From Cetorhinus maximus (taxonomy: Eukaryota), in contig NC_135890.1 of NCBI RefSeq assembly GCF_964194155.1, positions 107,322,001 through 107,386,000 on the forward strand: 64,000 bases of DNA, written 5' to 3'. This document shows, piece by piece, positions 12,130-25,600 of the stretch (within the stretch, counting starts at the first letter, position 1; every line of letters starts with the position of its first letter). Below the pieces are notes generated by a model. That model was not told where the DNA came from. It searched no databases and worked only from the letters and a program-made list of their open reading frames with translations. The position numbers were made by a program, and so were the translations under genes.

Positions 12130-12790
12130 CAAGTTGTTAAAACCAAAGGGCTACATTGTGCCTGAATGAAATGTTGATCCTCAAGCTTATGTTGGGCTTT
12201 GGAATGCTTTAGAAGGCCAAAGACAGAGTGGTCAGAGTGTGTGTGGAAATGGAATAGAATGGCAAGTGACAGGGAGTTTGGTGTTACACTTGTCAGCAGA
12301 ATAGAGGCATTCAGCAAAGCGATTGGCCAATCTGCTGCTGGTTTCCCTAATGCAGAGGAGGCTGCACCATAAGCAGCCATTGCTGTGTATTAGGTTGGAG
12401 GAAGTACATGTGAATTGCTGTCTCACACAGAAACAGTGTTTAGGGATTGAACTGTGGTGATAGAGGAAGTGAAAGGCCATTTGTTACATCTTTTGAACTT
12501 GAATGGGAAGATTCCAGGGGAAGGCAAATACATGATAGGAGTGATGGAAGAGTGAAGCAGAATGTAATAGAGGGAACAGTCCCTTTGTGGCATGGGGAGG
12601 GGAGGGGTTGGGAAGTTGTGTTTGTGCTGGGTTCGCTTAGAGGGGTCAGAAATGACAGAAGATGATCTATCAACTGAGGTCAGGCAAGGCTCAGCTTTAG
12701 TGCCCACTGATCATCAGCGTCTAACCTCAGAAGTGAGGACCTGAAGGATTGGCGGCATCCCAGACTGACAGAGGAATAGGGCACCAAATA
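12130..12790 (-). mobile_element. Penelope-like retroelement remnant, GIY-YIG region (copies at ~37095..37760 and ~62420..63080)
   Basis: Degenerate RRCNKWPFTSS...QQFTCTSSNLI...LLCIRETSSRLANRFAE, resembling the Cys-rich linker and LYIGET.R.L..RF.EH motif. Confidence 0.7.
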
Positions 12791-13222
12791 AAAGAATAAA
12801 GGGAAGACAGATGGAAATGTAGATCCAGATATTTCAATACTGTGGCTGCTGTTAATTCTGAAGGCAGGCATGTCATCAACACAGTGGGAGGGATTCCAAC
12901 TTTATAGTTAGATTCTTTTCCAACAAATGTCCACTGGGTTTATAGAGGAACTTCACAAATGTGTTTTCTTGGCAGCTTCCCCCACAGCATCACACTATCA
13001 AATCAGCACAGATCACAAATTTAAGTTGTGGGTAGGAAGGAAGTGGCAATTATATTTTCCATGACATTCCTACATTATACAACAGTGACTGTAGTTAAAA
13101 GTACTTCTATGGCTGTAAATGCTGGTGCATTGCCTGTGGTTGTGACAGCTGCTTTATAAATACAAGTCTGTTCTTTTAGCTCATGATCAATATGGATGTT
13201 TACAGACAGCTGAGGTACTGGA

Positions 13223-13280
13223 GAAATGAAACCGAAACCAAACAGTCAAAACAAGTCGTGATTCTGAGGAAATCGAAAAG
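13223..13280 (+). promoter_or_regulatory. ISRE cluster of the OASL copy A promoter
   Basis: gaaatgaaaccgaaacc (13223-13239, canonical GAAACCGAAAC core) and ggaaatcgaaaag (13268-13280), 220-270 bp upstream of the ATG. Confidence 0.8.
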
Positions 13281-13495
13281 GATTTGGTGTTTAATTGGGA
13301 TCATATACAAATAATTGAGCAAGGAAAAACTTTGAACCGGGTGGAGATATAGAACTGTGACGTGTATAATGTGTATTTGTTGAAAGGTTTTACTTTATAA
13401 GCCTGACTATATTGTTTGAATACTTGAAGCAACGGTTAGAGCTGTGGTTATAAGGAGCTGTAGTTATACCAACATCACTTTGTGTGAAAGCTGGA

Positions 13496-13669
13496 ATGAT
13501 GGAATTATACAGAACTGATCACAGGAGGTTGGACGATTTCATTAAAACTAACCTGGAGCCGAATGAATTTAATATCAATGTGAGGAAGGCTGTGCACAAA
13601 ATCTGTGACTTTTTAAGGAATCGATGTTTTCTCAAACAACCTGAGATCAAAGTAATCAGAGCCGTTAAA
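13496..13669 (+). CDS. OASL: OASL copy A exon 1 (58 aa)
   Basis: MMELYRT...LDDFIKTNLEP...FLRNRCF...AVK, then donor gtaagt. Equivalent to OAS exon A. Confidence 0.9.
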
Positions 13670-16600
13670 GTAAGTTATTTTATTTTTAAAGCAGCACATG
13701 GAATTAATAATGTTTACAATACTATTTACGATAACAGGAACTTTACCTTGCTTAAGTACGGAGATGTTTTCTGACGTGATTGTGAAGTTTCCTGTTTTCT
13801 GTGTTGTACTCCCTTCTCTCTAGAATATGTAAACTCGCTGTAGGACACAGTTTCAAGGGTGGCAGTTGCCTCCAGTATCTCAAATAAATTAATGGGATTA
13901 GGTGGGATCATCATCATTTCATGGGACGATCTCAAAATGATGTCGATTTGCCCTTTCAACGGCACAAATTTCCCGGAAAACCTGGATTAAAAGGGGATTA
14001 TTTGCCTAAAGGGACAGAATGTTTTTGACCTGCTTGTTTTAAAAGCTCAGCAGCTTTAGATGTTTATCTGTTAAAGGGAACATTTACTTCAAATCTGTTT
14101 CTCTTAAAAAACTACATTTGGATGAACTTTTATCAAATTATTAATTTTATCATGCTTTAAATATGCTCCTCAAAATCAATAACAGTCCCAATTCCTAAAG
14201 TCACAACACACTTGTAAAGCAATTTTAATTTTAAGGCAATAAAGAACTGGTGTGTTACCTAAAATACACATTTCATGTTATTTAGCAATAAATGAAACCC
14301 AAAAATTGGGGAAGAGAGGGAATTTCTCTTCTCCTCCCCACCACGCCCACTAATTCTGAGCACCCCCTCTATTCATCTGATCTTCAGTCAGCTGCAATAA
14401 CATCAATTTTCTCTTTAGGGGAGGGAAGCAGGAGTCGGGACTGTTACTTTATCCTGGGGCCAGAGGGATACCAGTCACTCTTTGGGATTTTGCCCAGAGT
14501 GCCCTTTTAATTGATATGGAGACAGGTCCCTCCTCCAGTTAAGAGCAGTGGGTGGGCTCTCGAAGCTGGAGGGGCAATCTGGGGCCTTTTAGCTTGAGAG
14601 GACCACCTGGCTATAGCAGAAGGTAAGTAGCTAAGAGGGTGCTTCAACATGGAGGTGCTCTTTCAGTAACCAATTGAAAAGTTTAGTCAAGAAGTATAGA
14701 AATGAGCCAGGCTGCCACTGTGGGGCTTTTGATGGAACGAGGGGGCGATTCGCTCTTTGGCTGCAATCGCACCAGGACACGGGTCGGGGGGAGGAGGGGG
14801 CCTGCCTGCTTAGGGCACTGCCCCCTCTCCCAGCCATTGGATGCCTGCCTCCAGGCAGTTGAACTGCCCTAGTCACATCAGGAAAGTGGAGACTGACTGG
14901 AATCTGAGTCAGCCTCTAATACCCACTGTTAACAAAGATCTTAATGAGTTGACCTAATTGACTTCTGGGTTGGGCATTTTAGCCGGGCTCCCAAACCCGC
15001 CTCCCCCAAAATGGCCAATATGGGAATGGTGTCTGGAAACCGGCTGCCGACCATTTTGAATTCAGCTCTGTCCCTGACTTCAGCAGGGCCTGAAAATTCA
15101 GTGCAGTGAGTCTGTCACATTTACTCTTGTACAAGGGATGGCAGAGAGAGCAGGTCACAGCTAAGTGGTAGTTAGTGGCTTCACTCTTGTTTAAGCTTTT
15201 TAAAAAGAAAACTGTCAAGAGATTTAGTTTGCAACTTATGATTTTATTGTCATACTTAAACAGAAAGTTGTTTGGCAGATTGTGACTTGGTAGCAACTCT
15301 GCCACTGGCTAAGAATAAAAATGCAAAGAATTACATTAATCCCCACAAAAAGATCACCAAATGGGGCAATACCACTCTGTTGATAACAGAGTTAAAATTG
15401 AGCACAAAGGCTAGACAAGAAGGGAACAATCAGCCCAGGTTTCCCAATCCTGTTCAGTGAGGAAAAGATTAGGCTGTGATGCCCCACATGGTTGAATAGC
15501 CTGTTGTCACCTGTGGTCCAAGATAACATATGAATAATGGCTAATGAGGGGAATTGCTGAAGTGGGCTTCTGGACCTCTGTCTCATTAAAGTGTCAGCAC
15601 CTTCACAAAAAGACGGCAAGAGGAGAAAAATCAGAAGGAAAATGGCAGTGAAAATTAAGCCTAAATCAAGAACACAGATAGTCTGCATGGCTTCAATAAC
15701 TCTTCCACATTTCAGTAATGGTAAGTTCACCAGTCATTGAAATAATCATAAATAATTGTCTATTTTCCCTCCTCCTCAGGGAGGGTCGTCAGGCAAAGGA
15801 ACAGCTTTAAGAAACGGTTCAGATGCGGATCTGGTTGTCTTCCTCAGTTGTTTCCAGAGTTTCCAGGAGCAGAGGAACACCAGGCATGAAATCCTTGAAG
15901 GAATCCAGCAAATGCTGGAAAAGTGTGCTTTGAGCATTGCCTATGAGATCAGTGATATCAGTATCAATGTTAAACCGAGCAGCAACAGCCCACCAAAATC
16001 GATGAGCTTTTCAATAAAATCAAAGAAGAAAGATTCAGACAGCGTGGATTTTGATATTTTGCCAACATTCGATGCATTAGGTAAGAATTGATGCGGTTAT
16101 TAAATCATTAAAGCTCAAGTTTAATTTTAGTTCTTCCAATAGCCTCTGCTGCCCATCAAGAAAAACAGTGGGTGTTATCAGCTTTGCTTTATCACATGTC
16201 CTGTTCCTAGTTAAGATGATGCCATAGTTGAGCTCTATATTTGGTTATTAGAGTTGTTGCTGAGGGAGAATATGTTGCTTTTTAAGTGGGACATTAGCCT
16301 AGGTTTAGGATTGACATTATTAACTGGCGTTAACAGTTTGGTATTATGATGCTGATGGAAAGTCTAGGATACAAACACTTTAACGTAAAGAAACAAAATC
16401 TAACCAGTAATGTTGATGTCTGAATTTATTTCATTTCCCCTCCTTTTCTAAAGCAAATAATTCAGTTCTTTAGTCACCAGAAGTACCTGGTACTTCTGTC
16501 AGCTGATCATTTTTCATACAAAAACAGGAGTGTCAGCAGCAACACAAAAATAAAATACTGTGGATGCTGAAAATCTGAAATAAAAGCAGAAAGTGCTGAA

Positions 16601-19600
16601 AATATTCATCGTGCCTAGCAGCGCCTGTGGAGAGAAACAGAGGCCTGGATTTCACCATGATGGAGGGCCTTTCCGCCATGGTGAAAATAGTGGACAAGCC
16701 CGGAAATAGGAAGTCCCACCCCCAAACACCACACTTTCCATTTTCGTGAGGTGGGAATGAAGTTGGGCTGGGGTTTGTGCATAGGTGGATTATGGACGCA
16801 GCTGGTGGTATAAATCACCAGCTGCCTCCACTGAAGTGGGATTTTGGTCAGCCGGGTGTGTGAAACCCAAAGTGTGTAGATTGGACCAGATGAGAGTAGG
16901 GCCCAGGTTTTTGCCCAGGGGTTGGGAGATTTCCTGGCTTGGCGAACCCAATCTTTAAAAGTGTCCGCCCGACAATCAGATTTTTGGTCAACAAATGGAG
17001 GTGAAGCTTAAATAGGAGTGACCCCAGAACAAGTGCAGTGGCTAGCGGGTGTAGAGGTGGGATGGGCGCAAGGCCTGAAAAACAAAACACATCCCTCCTA
17101 CCTCACCCCTTGCCCCCTCACCCTCCCTCACACACCATGTGCCTCGTCCATGCGAACGCATGCTCCTGTACACACACCCAATGCCTCTCCATACCCCCAT
17201 GCCAACTTAGTGTCAGCTCACTCCAACTCCTGCCCCCAACCCACCACCCTTTTCCTCTAACCCCCTTCAAGCCAACTCACTAAGAATCCATGGACAGTTC
17301 CTTGACAGCTTTGACAGCTGAACAGTTATTTGACAGACAGACAGTTCTTCAATAGTTCCTTGACAGCTGTACAGCTCTTTAACATTTATTTGCTAGCCGG
17401 ACAGTTCTTTAACAGCTGGACAGTCCTTTAACATTTATTTGACAGCCGGACAATTCTTTAAGAGTTTCTTGACAGCTGGACAGTTAAACATTTCTTTGAC
17501 ATCTGGACAGTTCCAAGGAGATTCTGTGTAAAAAGTGCGTAATCATGTTTATTTTAACGATGCTAAAGGCTACCTTACCTCTCCCAAAGGTGTCTCAAGA
17601 CTCTACACAAAGGGGTACCCTGACTATCCAAAGAATCCACCAAGTTCAGACCGCCTCTTACCTGGTCTGCTCTGCGCAGTTCGAGATTCCAGCAGCCAGA
17701 GTTCAAAAATCCCATTTCAGTGGAGGAACTGGTGATTTAAATGGCCAGCTGCTTCCACAAATCGCGCATGTGCAAAGCCTGGTCCCACTCCAGTCTCGCC
17801 CTCACGAAGATGGGAATTACTGGGTTCGGGGGCGGGACTTAGAAATCTCTGCCATTTTTGAGACTTTTGCCACGCCGGAGAAGCTCTCCAACCCGGGTGT
17901 GAAAATCCAGGCCAGAGTTAACATTTCAGGTCAACCTTTCATCAGAAATCTTCTTTCGGATCAGGCAAAAGTTAGAAGTGAAATAAGTTTAAAGCAAATC
18001 AAAGGGAGGAGGGTGGGAAAAAGAATAAAGGGGACAGTGTTTGAAAGGTAGGGGAGATTAGATGACAAATGTGTTGATAGTGAAAGGCCAAAAGGGAGTG
18101 GTATTTTGGACAAGTTATAAAAAAGATGTTTCTGCAGGAGGTGTCAATGGCAGTGTCATGAACAGCTGCCATCTGCAGACAAAAAAATGGAGAAAAACAG
18201 GAGAGAAAAAATAAAATCAGCAAAGAAAAAGGAAACAAATGGAGGCTGAGGTCACGATTTGAAGTTGTTAAACTCAATGTTGAATCCAGGAGAGTGTAGA
18301 GTGTCTGATTAAAAGATGAAATGCTGTTCCTCAAGCACACGCTGAGCCTCCAGTGTAGGAGGTCAGCGATAGAGGTCAGAGTGGGAGCATGGTCCAGAAT
18401 TACAATGACAGGTTTGGGGAAGTTTGGGGTTATCTTGCAGACTGAACAGAGATGTTCTGCAAAGTAGTCACCAAATCTGCATTTGGCTTCTCCAGTGTAA
18501 AGGAGGCAGGGACGACAGGAAACTAAATTGAGTAAATTAATGTTTCACCTGGAAGGAATCTTTGAGGCTTTGGACAGTTAGAAGGGAAGAGGTAAAAGGC
18601 CAGGCATTGTATCTGCTGTGATTGCATGGAAAGGTGCTGTGGGAAAGAGAGGGAGGTGCTAGCAGGGTGATTGAGGAGTGGACCAGGGTGTTGCGAAGGA
18701 ATTGGTCCTTCTCAAAAAGAAGGGAAGATGTTTTTAGGTGGCGGCATCATGCTGGAGGTGGTGAGAAAGGTGGAGGATGATCCATTGAAGAAAAAGGCTG
18801 GTGGGGTAGTAGGTGAGGACCAGTGGAACCCTATTGTGGTCCTGGAGAGAAAAGGAAGGGTTGAGAGGAATGTGTAAAATGGAACGGATATGGCACAACG
18901 GACTTAAAATGTAAGAGTGTTAAAGGATTACTTGGCCTGGAGAGTGGGGGCACCATACCCTGCTTACTTGTGATGACCACAAACACTTTCTGTTGCTCAT
19001 TAAGCATTTCATTTCTTACAGAGGGAACAGACAATGCCAATGAAGCCCACCTCAAGCTAATCAATTTAGTAAACGAAAATGGAGCTCTAGGTGGGGAATT
19101 TTCTTCCTGTTTTACTGAGCTTCAGAGAAACTTTGTGAAGCAGTGTAAACCAAAACTTAAAGACTTGATTCGCCTGCTGAAGTATTGGTACAATCAGGTA
19201 AGTGACTGGGGAACATGATAATTGTTAATACTTGGAGGTTATGGGAGGATTGTAACACTGAAAGACAGCTTCCCTCTGTGTCTCAAAGAACAAAGAACAA
19301 AGAAAAGTACAGCACAGTTACAGGCCCTTCGGCCCTCCAGGCCTGCGTCGATCATATTGCCCGTCAACTGAAACATTTTGCACTTCCGGGGTCCGTATCC
19401 CTCTATTCCCATCCTATTCATGTATTTGTCAAGCTGCCTCTTAAACACCACTATCGTACCTGCTTCCACCACCTCCTCTGGCAGCGAATTCCAGACACTC
19501 ACTACCCTATGTGTAAAAAACTTGCCCCGCACATCTCCTCTATAGTTTTCTCCTCTCACCTTAAATCAATGTCCCCTAGCAATTGACTCTTCCACCCTGG

Positions 19601-22600
19601 GAAAAAGCTTCTGACTATCTACTCTGTCCATGCCACTCATAATTTTGTAAACTTCTATCAAGTCGCCTCTCAATCTCTGTCGCTCTAGTGAGAACAATCC
19701 GAGTTTCTCCAACCTCTCCTCATAGTTAATAACCTCCAGACCAGGCAGCATCCTGGTAAACCTCCTCTGCACCCTCTCCAACCCCTCCATATCCTTCTGG
19801 TAATGTGGCGACCGGAATTGCACGCAATATTCCAAACGTGGCCTAACCAAGGATCTATACAGCTGCAGCATGACTTCCCAGCTTTTATACTCAACACCCC
19901 TGTTAATGAAGGCAAACATGCCATATGCCTTCCTGACTACCTTATCCACCTACGTTGCCACTTTCAGTGATCTGTGGACCTGTACACCCAGATCCCTCTG
20001 GCCGTCGATGCACTTAAGGGTTCTGCCATTTACTGTATAATTCCTGCCTGTATTAGGCCTTCCAAAATGCATTACCTCGCATTTGTCCGGATTAAACTCC
20101 ATCTGCAATTTCTCCGCCCAAGTCTCCAACCGATCTATATCCGGTTGTATCCTTTGACAATCCTCTTCACTATCTGCAACTCCTCCAACCTTAGTGTCGT
20201 CTGCAAACTTACTAATTAGCCCAGTTACATTTCCTCCAAAGCATTTATGTATACTACAAACAGCAAAGGTCCCAGCACTGATCCCTGCGGAACTCCACTA
20301 GTCACAGCTCTCCATTCAGAAAAGCACCCTTCCACTGCTACCCTCTGTCTTCTATGACCAAACCAATTCTGTATCCATCTTGCCAGCTCACCTCTGATCC
20401 CATGTGACTTTACCTTGTGTACCAGTCTGCCATGAGGGACCTTGTCAAAGGCCTTACTGAAATCCATGTATATAACATCCACTGCTCTTCCATCGTCAAT
20501 CATCTTTGTCACTTCCTCGAAAAACTCGATCAAGTTAGTGAGACACGACTTCCCCTTCACAGAACCATGCTGCCTCTCACCAATACGCCCATTTGCTTTC
20601 AAATGGTAGTAAATCCTGACACGAATAATCTTCTCCAATAATTTCCCTATCACTGACGTAAGGCTCACCGGCCTGTAATTTCCTGGATTATCCCTGCTAC
20701 CCTTCGTAAACAATTGAACAACATTGACCATTCTCCAGTCCTCTGGGACCTTACCCGTAGCCAGTGAGGATACAAAGATTTCTGTCAAGGCCCCAGCAAT
20801 CTCCTCCCTTGCCTCCCTCAGTACTCTGGGGTAGATCCCAACTGGCCCTGGGGACTTATCCACCTTAATATTCTTCAAGACGCCTAACACCTCCTCTTTT
20901 TTGATCTCAACATGATCCAGGCTATCTACACACTCTTCCCTAGACAAATCGACCGCTAAGTCCTTCTCTTTGGCGAATACTGATGAGAAGTACTCATTTA
21001 GTATCTCTCCCATTTCTTCTGGCTCCACACACAGATTGCCACCTCTGTCCCTGAGTGGGTCTACCCTTTCCCTGGCTACCCACTTGCTTTTTACATATGT
21101 ATAAAAGGCGTTGGGATTTTCCTTAATCCTGGTTGCCAGTGACTTTTCATGACCCCTTTTAGCCCTCCTGACTCCTTGCTTAAGTTTCTTCCTACTTTCT
21201 TTATATTCTCCACGGGCTTCATCTGTTCCTAGCCTTCTAGCCCTTACGAATGCTTCCCTTTTCTTTTTGACTAATCTCACAATATCCTTCGTTATCCAAT
21301 GTTCCTGAAACTTGTCATACTTATCCTTCATCCAAGCATCACCACATCCACCCACTCCATTGACAAATCCTACGGATGAATCTAGGGATCCCCCATATTA
21401 AAAACCAGCAACGAGTTGTCTGGGATGTTTGCATGGAGGGGGATTGAGAGAACCTTTGGAGAAATGTCCATTTGTGCTGTTTCTCCAGCACCTACACCAG
21501 TCTCTGCTGAATTTACAACAGGAGGTTAGCAGATCCCAGAGAAAGTCAGGCTCAGTATTTGGAATAACTCAAGATTCTTGCTTCCCCTCTGCTGGAATTT
21601 GACTTTAGTTGAAGCTGTTGGAATGAATTTGGACGAAGGGGAGAGCTCCTGTCAGCCTTCTGGTTTAGGCTGAACAAATATTAAAACCACTTCTTGATTC
21701 ACAGAAGAATTAAAGAGCAAATCCCCTGAACCCATATTCTGTGGAGGGGCTGTATTCAAGGGAAGTACAGATCAGAGATAGAGCTTCAACCCTTCAATTT
21801 GCACTTACTTCCAATAAGGCTCTACATTTAGAGTGAGGATCAGGGATTTTACCCTTAAATCTTTTACATTCCCTCAATTTTGTGCCTTAAAGTGACCGTC
21901 TCAAGTTATATAAACCTGCAAATGGCAAGTTTGACCAGCCCCCTATACAAAGCCAAAGGCTGTATTCAATTCTCCAGTGCCTGGGGCTCCAGAATGCAGG
22001 ACAAAAGACAAACAAATGCAAGTTAATTAATCGCTGAAGGAACAATTGAAAAACGATGAGGTGGAAATTGGTTCTCATGGTGCCAATTTTCCAAGTGGAA
22101 AATTGAGGCAAAAAATGACCAACTTCAACCAAAGGCGCCTGAAATATGACCGGTGCAATAAGGGTCTTGGACAATTTCCAGGTGTCCGGGCAACTGTCCG
22201 GAACAGGCATTATGCTCCTTGAATATGTTAATGCGGGATCTAATGCCTGTTTAACGAGGTTTACTGCAACTGGTCAGCGCTGAGTAGTCCCCTCAGATTT
22301 TTGCTTCCACGTGCAGCTTCTACATTAATACATTTTTATACTTCATGTAGTGGCAGGGTCTCCTCCCAGTGGTGCTCCCAACTTCACTGCTGCTAGCAGC
22401 CCACCATCACTCACCTCCCCACCCTCTCCCTATCTGATGGTCATTGCTGGAGAGGCAGCTGGCTGATCTTGGTCCTCATGGAACCTGTGAGCTGTTGTTT
22501 CATACTCGATTTGAGTCCGCATCTTCCCAGCAAATTTCTGATAATGTCCCGAGGTCTAATTTCAGTTGAGTCCCTGGCTTCTGGTGCACACTCCCAGCAT

Positions 22601-25600
22601 GCTGCCTACTTCAGGCAAGAAAATGGACCAAAATAAATTTCTACCCCAGTCACTTTCAGGTGAGATATTCAATGAAAGCCCTGCCTGCCTTCTCAGGTGA
22701 GCCTAAAAGATCCTATTGCACTCTCCAGGGAAGAGTAGGGTGTTTTGCTGGATATCTGGATAAAATTTAACCTCAACCAACATAATGAAAGACAGGCAAT
22801 CTAGCCATTTATCTCATTGTTGTTTGTGGGATCTTGCTGTGTGCAAATTGGTTGCTGCATTGCAACTTCAAAATACCTCATCTTGGGAAGTGCTTTGGGA
22901 AATTTTGAGGTTGTGAGAGGTGTTACGTACCTAATGCCAAGTACTTGCTTTCTTTTGAACTCTGACTCTCCAACGCACTATTCTGTAGGATCATGTCCAC
23001 AATTTGCCCATGGACAGTTTGTGTGCTCAGCCTTATCTTTGTGGAGAGATACTGAACGGAGATTTGGCATTTCATCCAAGAGAAGGAGAAAAAGTTGGAA
23101 TGAGGCCACTTTGGGCAGATCTTGTGGACTTCTTAGTGGATGCTGAGGTGGCAGCACTAGACTAGGTCTAGCTTCAACCAGTCCTATCAAGAAAGTTGCT
23201 TGGTTTCCGAAGAATGATGGAAGTAAAATATATGGAAGCAAAAATATAGGATGGAAGGAGGAGTGAGTACTTTTAATATCTTGTATATTTACATTTATCA
23301 ACCATTTGCTCTAGCATGTCAAGCCACGGGAATCCGAACTGAGACATGGCGATCGTCTTCCTGATAAGTATACAGTAGAGCTGCTGGCTATCTATGCCTG
23401 GGAGCAAGGCAATGGGCAGGAGAGATTCAGCACAGCTGAAGGATTCCGGACAGTCCTTGAACTGATCTGCAGATATCAGGATCTGTGCATCTACTGGACT
23501 CAGAACTACAACGTCGAGAATAGAGTCATTGCAGACTTTCTAATAAAGAAACTCAGTGGCAAGAGGTAATCTTCAATTACATTTAAAACTAAAGCAATTA
23601 GAGCTGATTCACTTCTTTGAACATTTCCCAATTAAGGGGGCTGATTCAGGGCGTTTTTAGGGTCTGGTTCAGTTGGTCTTTAATATCCATCCCTAACTTT
23701 GGCGTCATGGGGTGTCGAATAAGTGACATGTTGGCTGCATCATTTGAATGTGATGAATGTGCAGCTGAATGTTTAGAGTGAGAGTGAATCCAACACATTG
23801 TTCTTTGTGAAAATGTGCCCAAGAGGCAACAGTTTTCATAACGTTACACGCGCCCGCACCTGAACTTCCCCCACACTGGGTGGGGTTGGGGGGGCGGGGG
23901 TGGAATTCTTCCCCAGGTATCTTAAGATATTTACAATCTTTAAACTGCTATAAAAATACAAATTAATACAATTAACATCATAATGTAATTACAGAGGAGG
24001 AAGGGTATATTATTGATCTTAGGTCACCGATACGGAATTGAACCAGTGATATGGTTCCAGAGAAAGGGATCAGAGCCTCTTCCTGGCCCAAACAAGGCCA
24101 CTGAAGAAGCTGAGGCTGAGGTTAAGGACTCCCTATGCTGGGATTTCATGTATCCTTGAGTTTAAGGGGAGCCAGCATGAGTTTTCACATCAATATACAG
24201 AGCGAGAAGAAGTGGGCTGGTTTCCTTTTGAATGGAAGAAGATATGAGGCACAGTTTATCATCCTTTGGGAGTAGACCACTTGGTGATATTCTGGACAAC
24301 AATCACCAGCCCTGATTGACCAACATCACCTTGTTTTGCGCTGTCTGGATCAGGTGCCTGATTGGGACACTAGTGGCAGGATTTTGCCCTCATCAGGTGG
24401 GCTCAGCAGGGGCGAGCGGAAGCAGTTGGGAAGCCGACCACTGTCCGCGATTGGGGCCGGACCGTAATTTTAATCTGGCGGGCCAATTAAGGGGAGGAGG
24501 GCGAGAGTGCAAGTTCGAGCAAGTGTGTGTAGGAAAAGCTCCCTGAGGCACAGAGCTGCCTCAGGGGGATGAAGTTATGAAAAATTACAAATAAAGCATT
24601 TTACGATGTTAAGAAACATGTCCTCTCATGTGGCTCTGTCACATCAGTAAGGACATGTTAGAAATTAGTGTGATCATTTTTTTATAATGACGGATCGAAA
24701 CCTCCTCCCTTTCGTGGATGAGGTTTCGCAAAAAATGCAAAGGCCGCTTTGGGCGTAAAGGCTGAGCTGAGAGATGGGACAGAAATTTCCCCCCGTTGGA
24801 GTTGTGGGGGGGTTGTGTAGGGGCGGGTGGGGGCACAAAACCAATTGGTTTATGTGAGTGGCCCAATTAAGGCCCGCCCAGCGTGACGTGCGCCAGGAAG
24901 CACTGAGCGCTCCCTGTGCGGGCGTTGGGGGGGCGATTCCCTGAGTCAGGGCTGCACGCAAAAGAGCACAGAAATCTCCCAGTGGCATGGAGCTGCCTCA
25001 GGGAGATTAAGTTCGAATTGAAAGTTTTTATTTGAGATAGAGAAAAATTTTTCAGACATGTCCACTCATGTGACAGTGTTACATGAGCTTGGACATATTT
25101 ATTAAGTGTTTGAAAATGTTTTATTGAATTAATAAATCCTTCATGAAACCTCATCCTGCCCGTGGATGAGGGTTCATGATAAATGCGAAGGCCGCATTCT
25201 TAACAACTTTAATTACTTTCTTAATGGCCTTAATAGGCCTTTGAGAGTTTGGTGGGCGTGCAGCTGATGCGGCTGTGCGTCCGCCGAACTGAAGATCTAA
25301 ATGATGCGCGGTGACATCGGGACGCCCGCCCGACGTCACCACACATCATTTTACGCGTCAGGCAAGCGGGCATCGCCCCCACTCACCGACCCGAAAATTC
25401 TTCCCATAGTGATGGCTTCCTGCTAAGTACAGAGTTGAGCTGCTGGCTATCTATGCCTGCGAGTAAGGCAATAGGCAGGAGAGAGTCAGCACAGCTGAAG
25501 GGCCCCAGCCAGTCCTTGAACTGATCTGCAGATATCAGCATCTGTGTACCTCCTGGACCAAGTAGGTGACCACCTGAACGCCAAACGTAAGGTTGGACAG

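Noticed and set aside
17290-17515. Repeated ttgacagctggacagttc units as a CRISPR-like array
   Set aside because: Degenerate minisatellite with no unique spacers, lying inside a TIR element.
17545-18051. 168-aa ORF (also 42523..43017)
   Set aside because: It spans a MITE/Penelope junction and has no recognisable domain. Its conservation reflects only the recent duplication.
20225-21355. 376-aa ORF as a host gene or functional RT
   Set aside because: It is part of a 5'-truncated CR1 ORF2, frameshifted before FADD.
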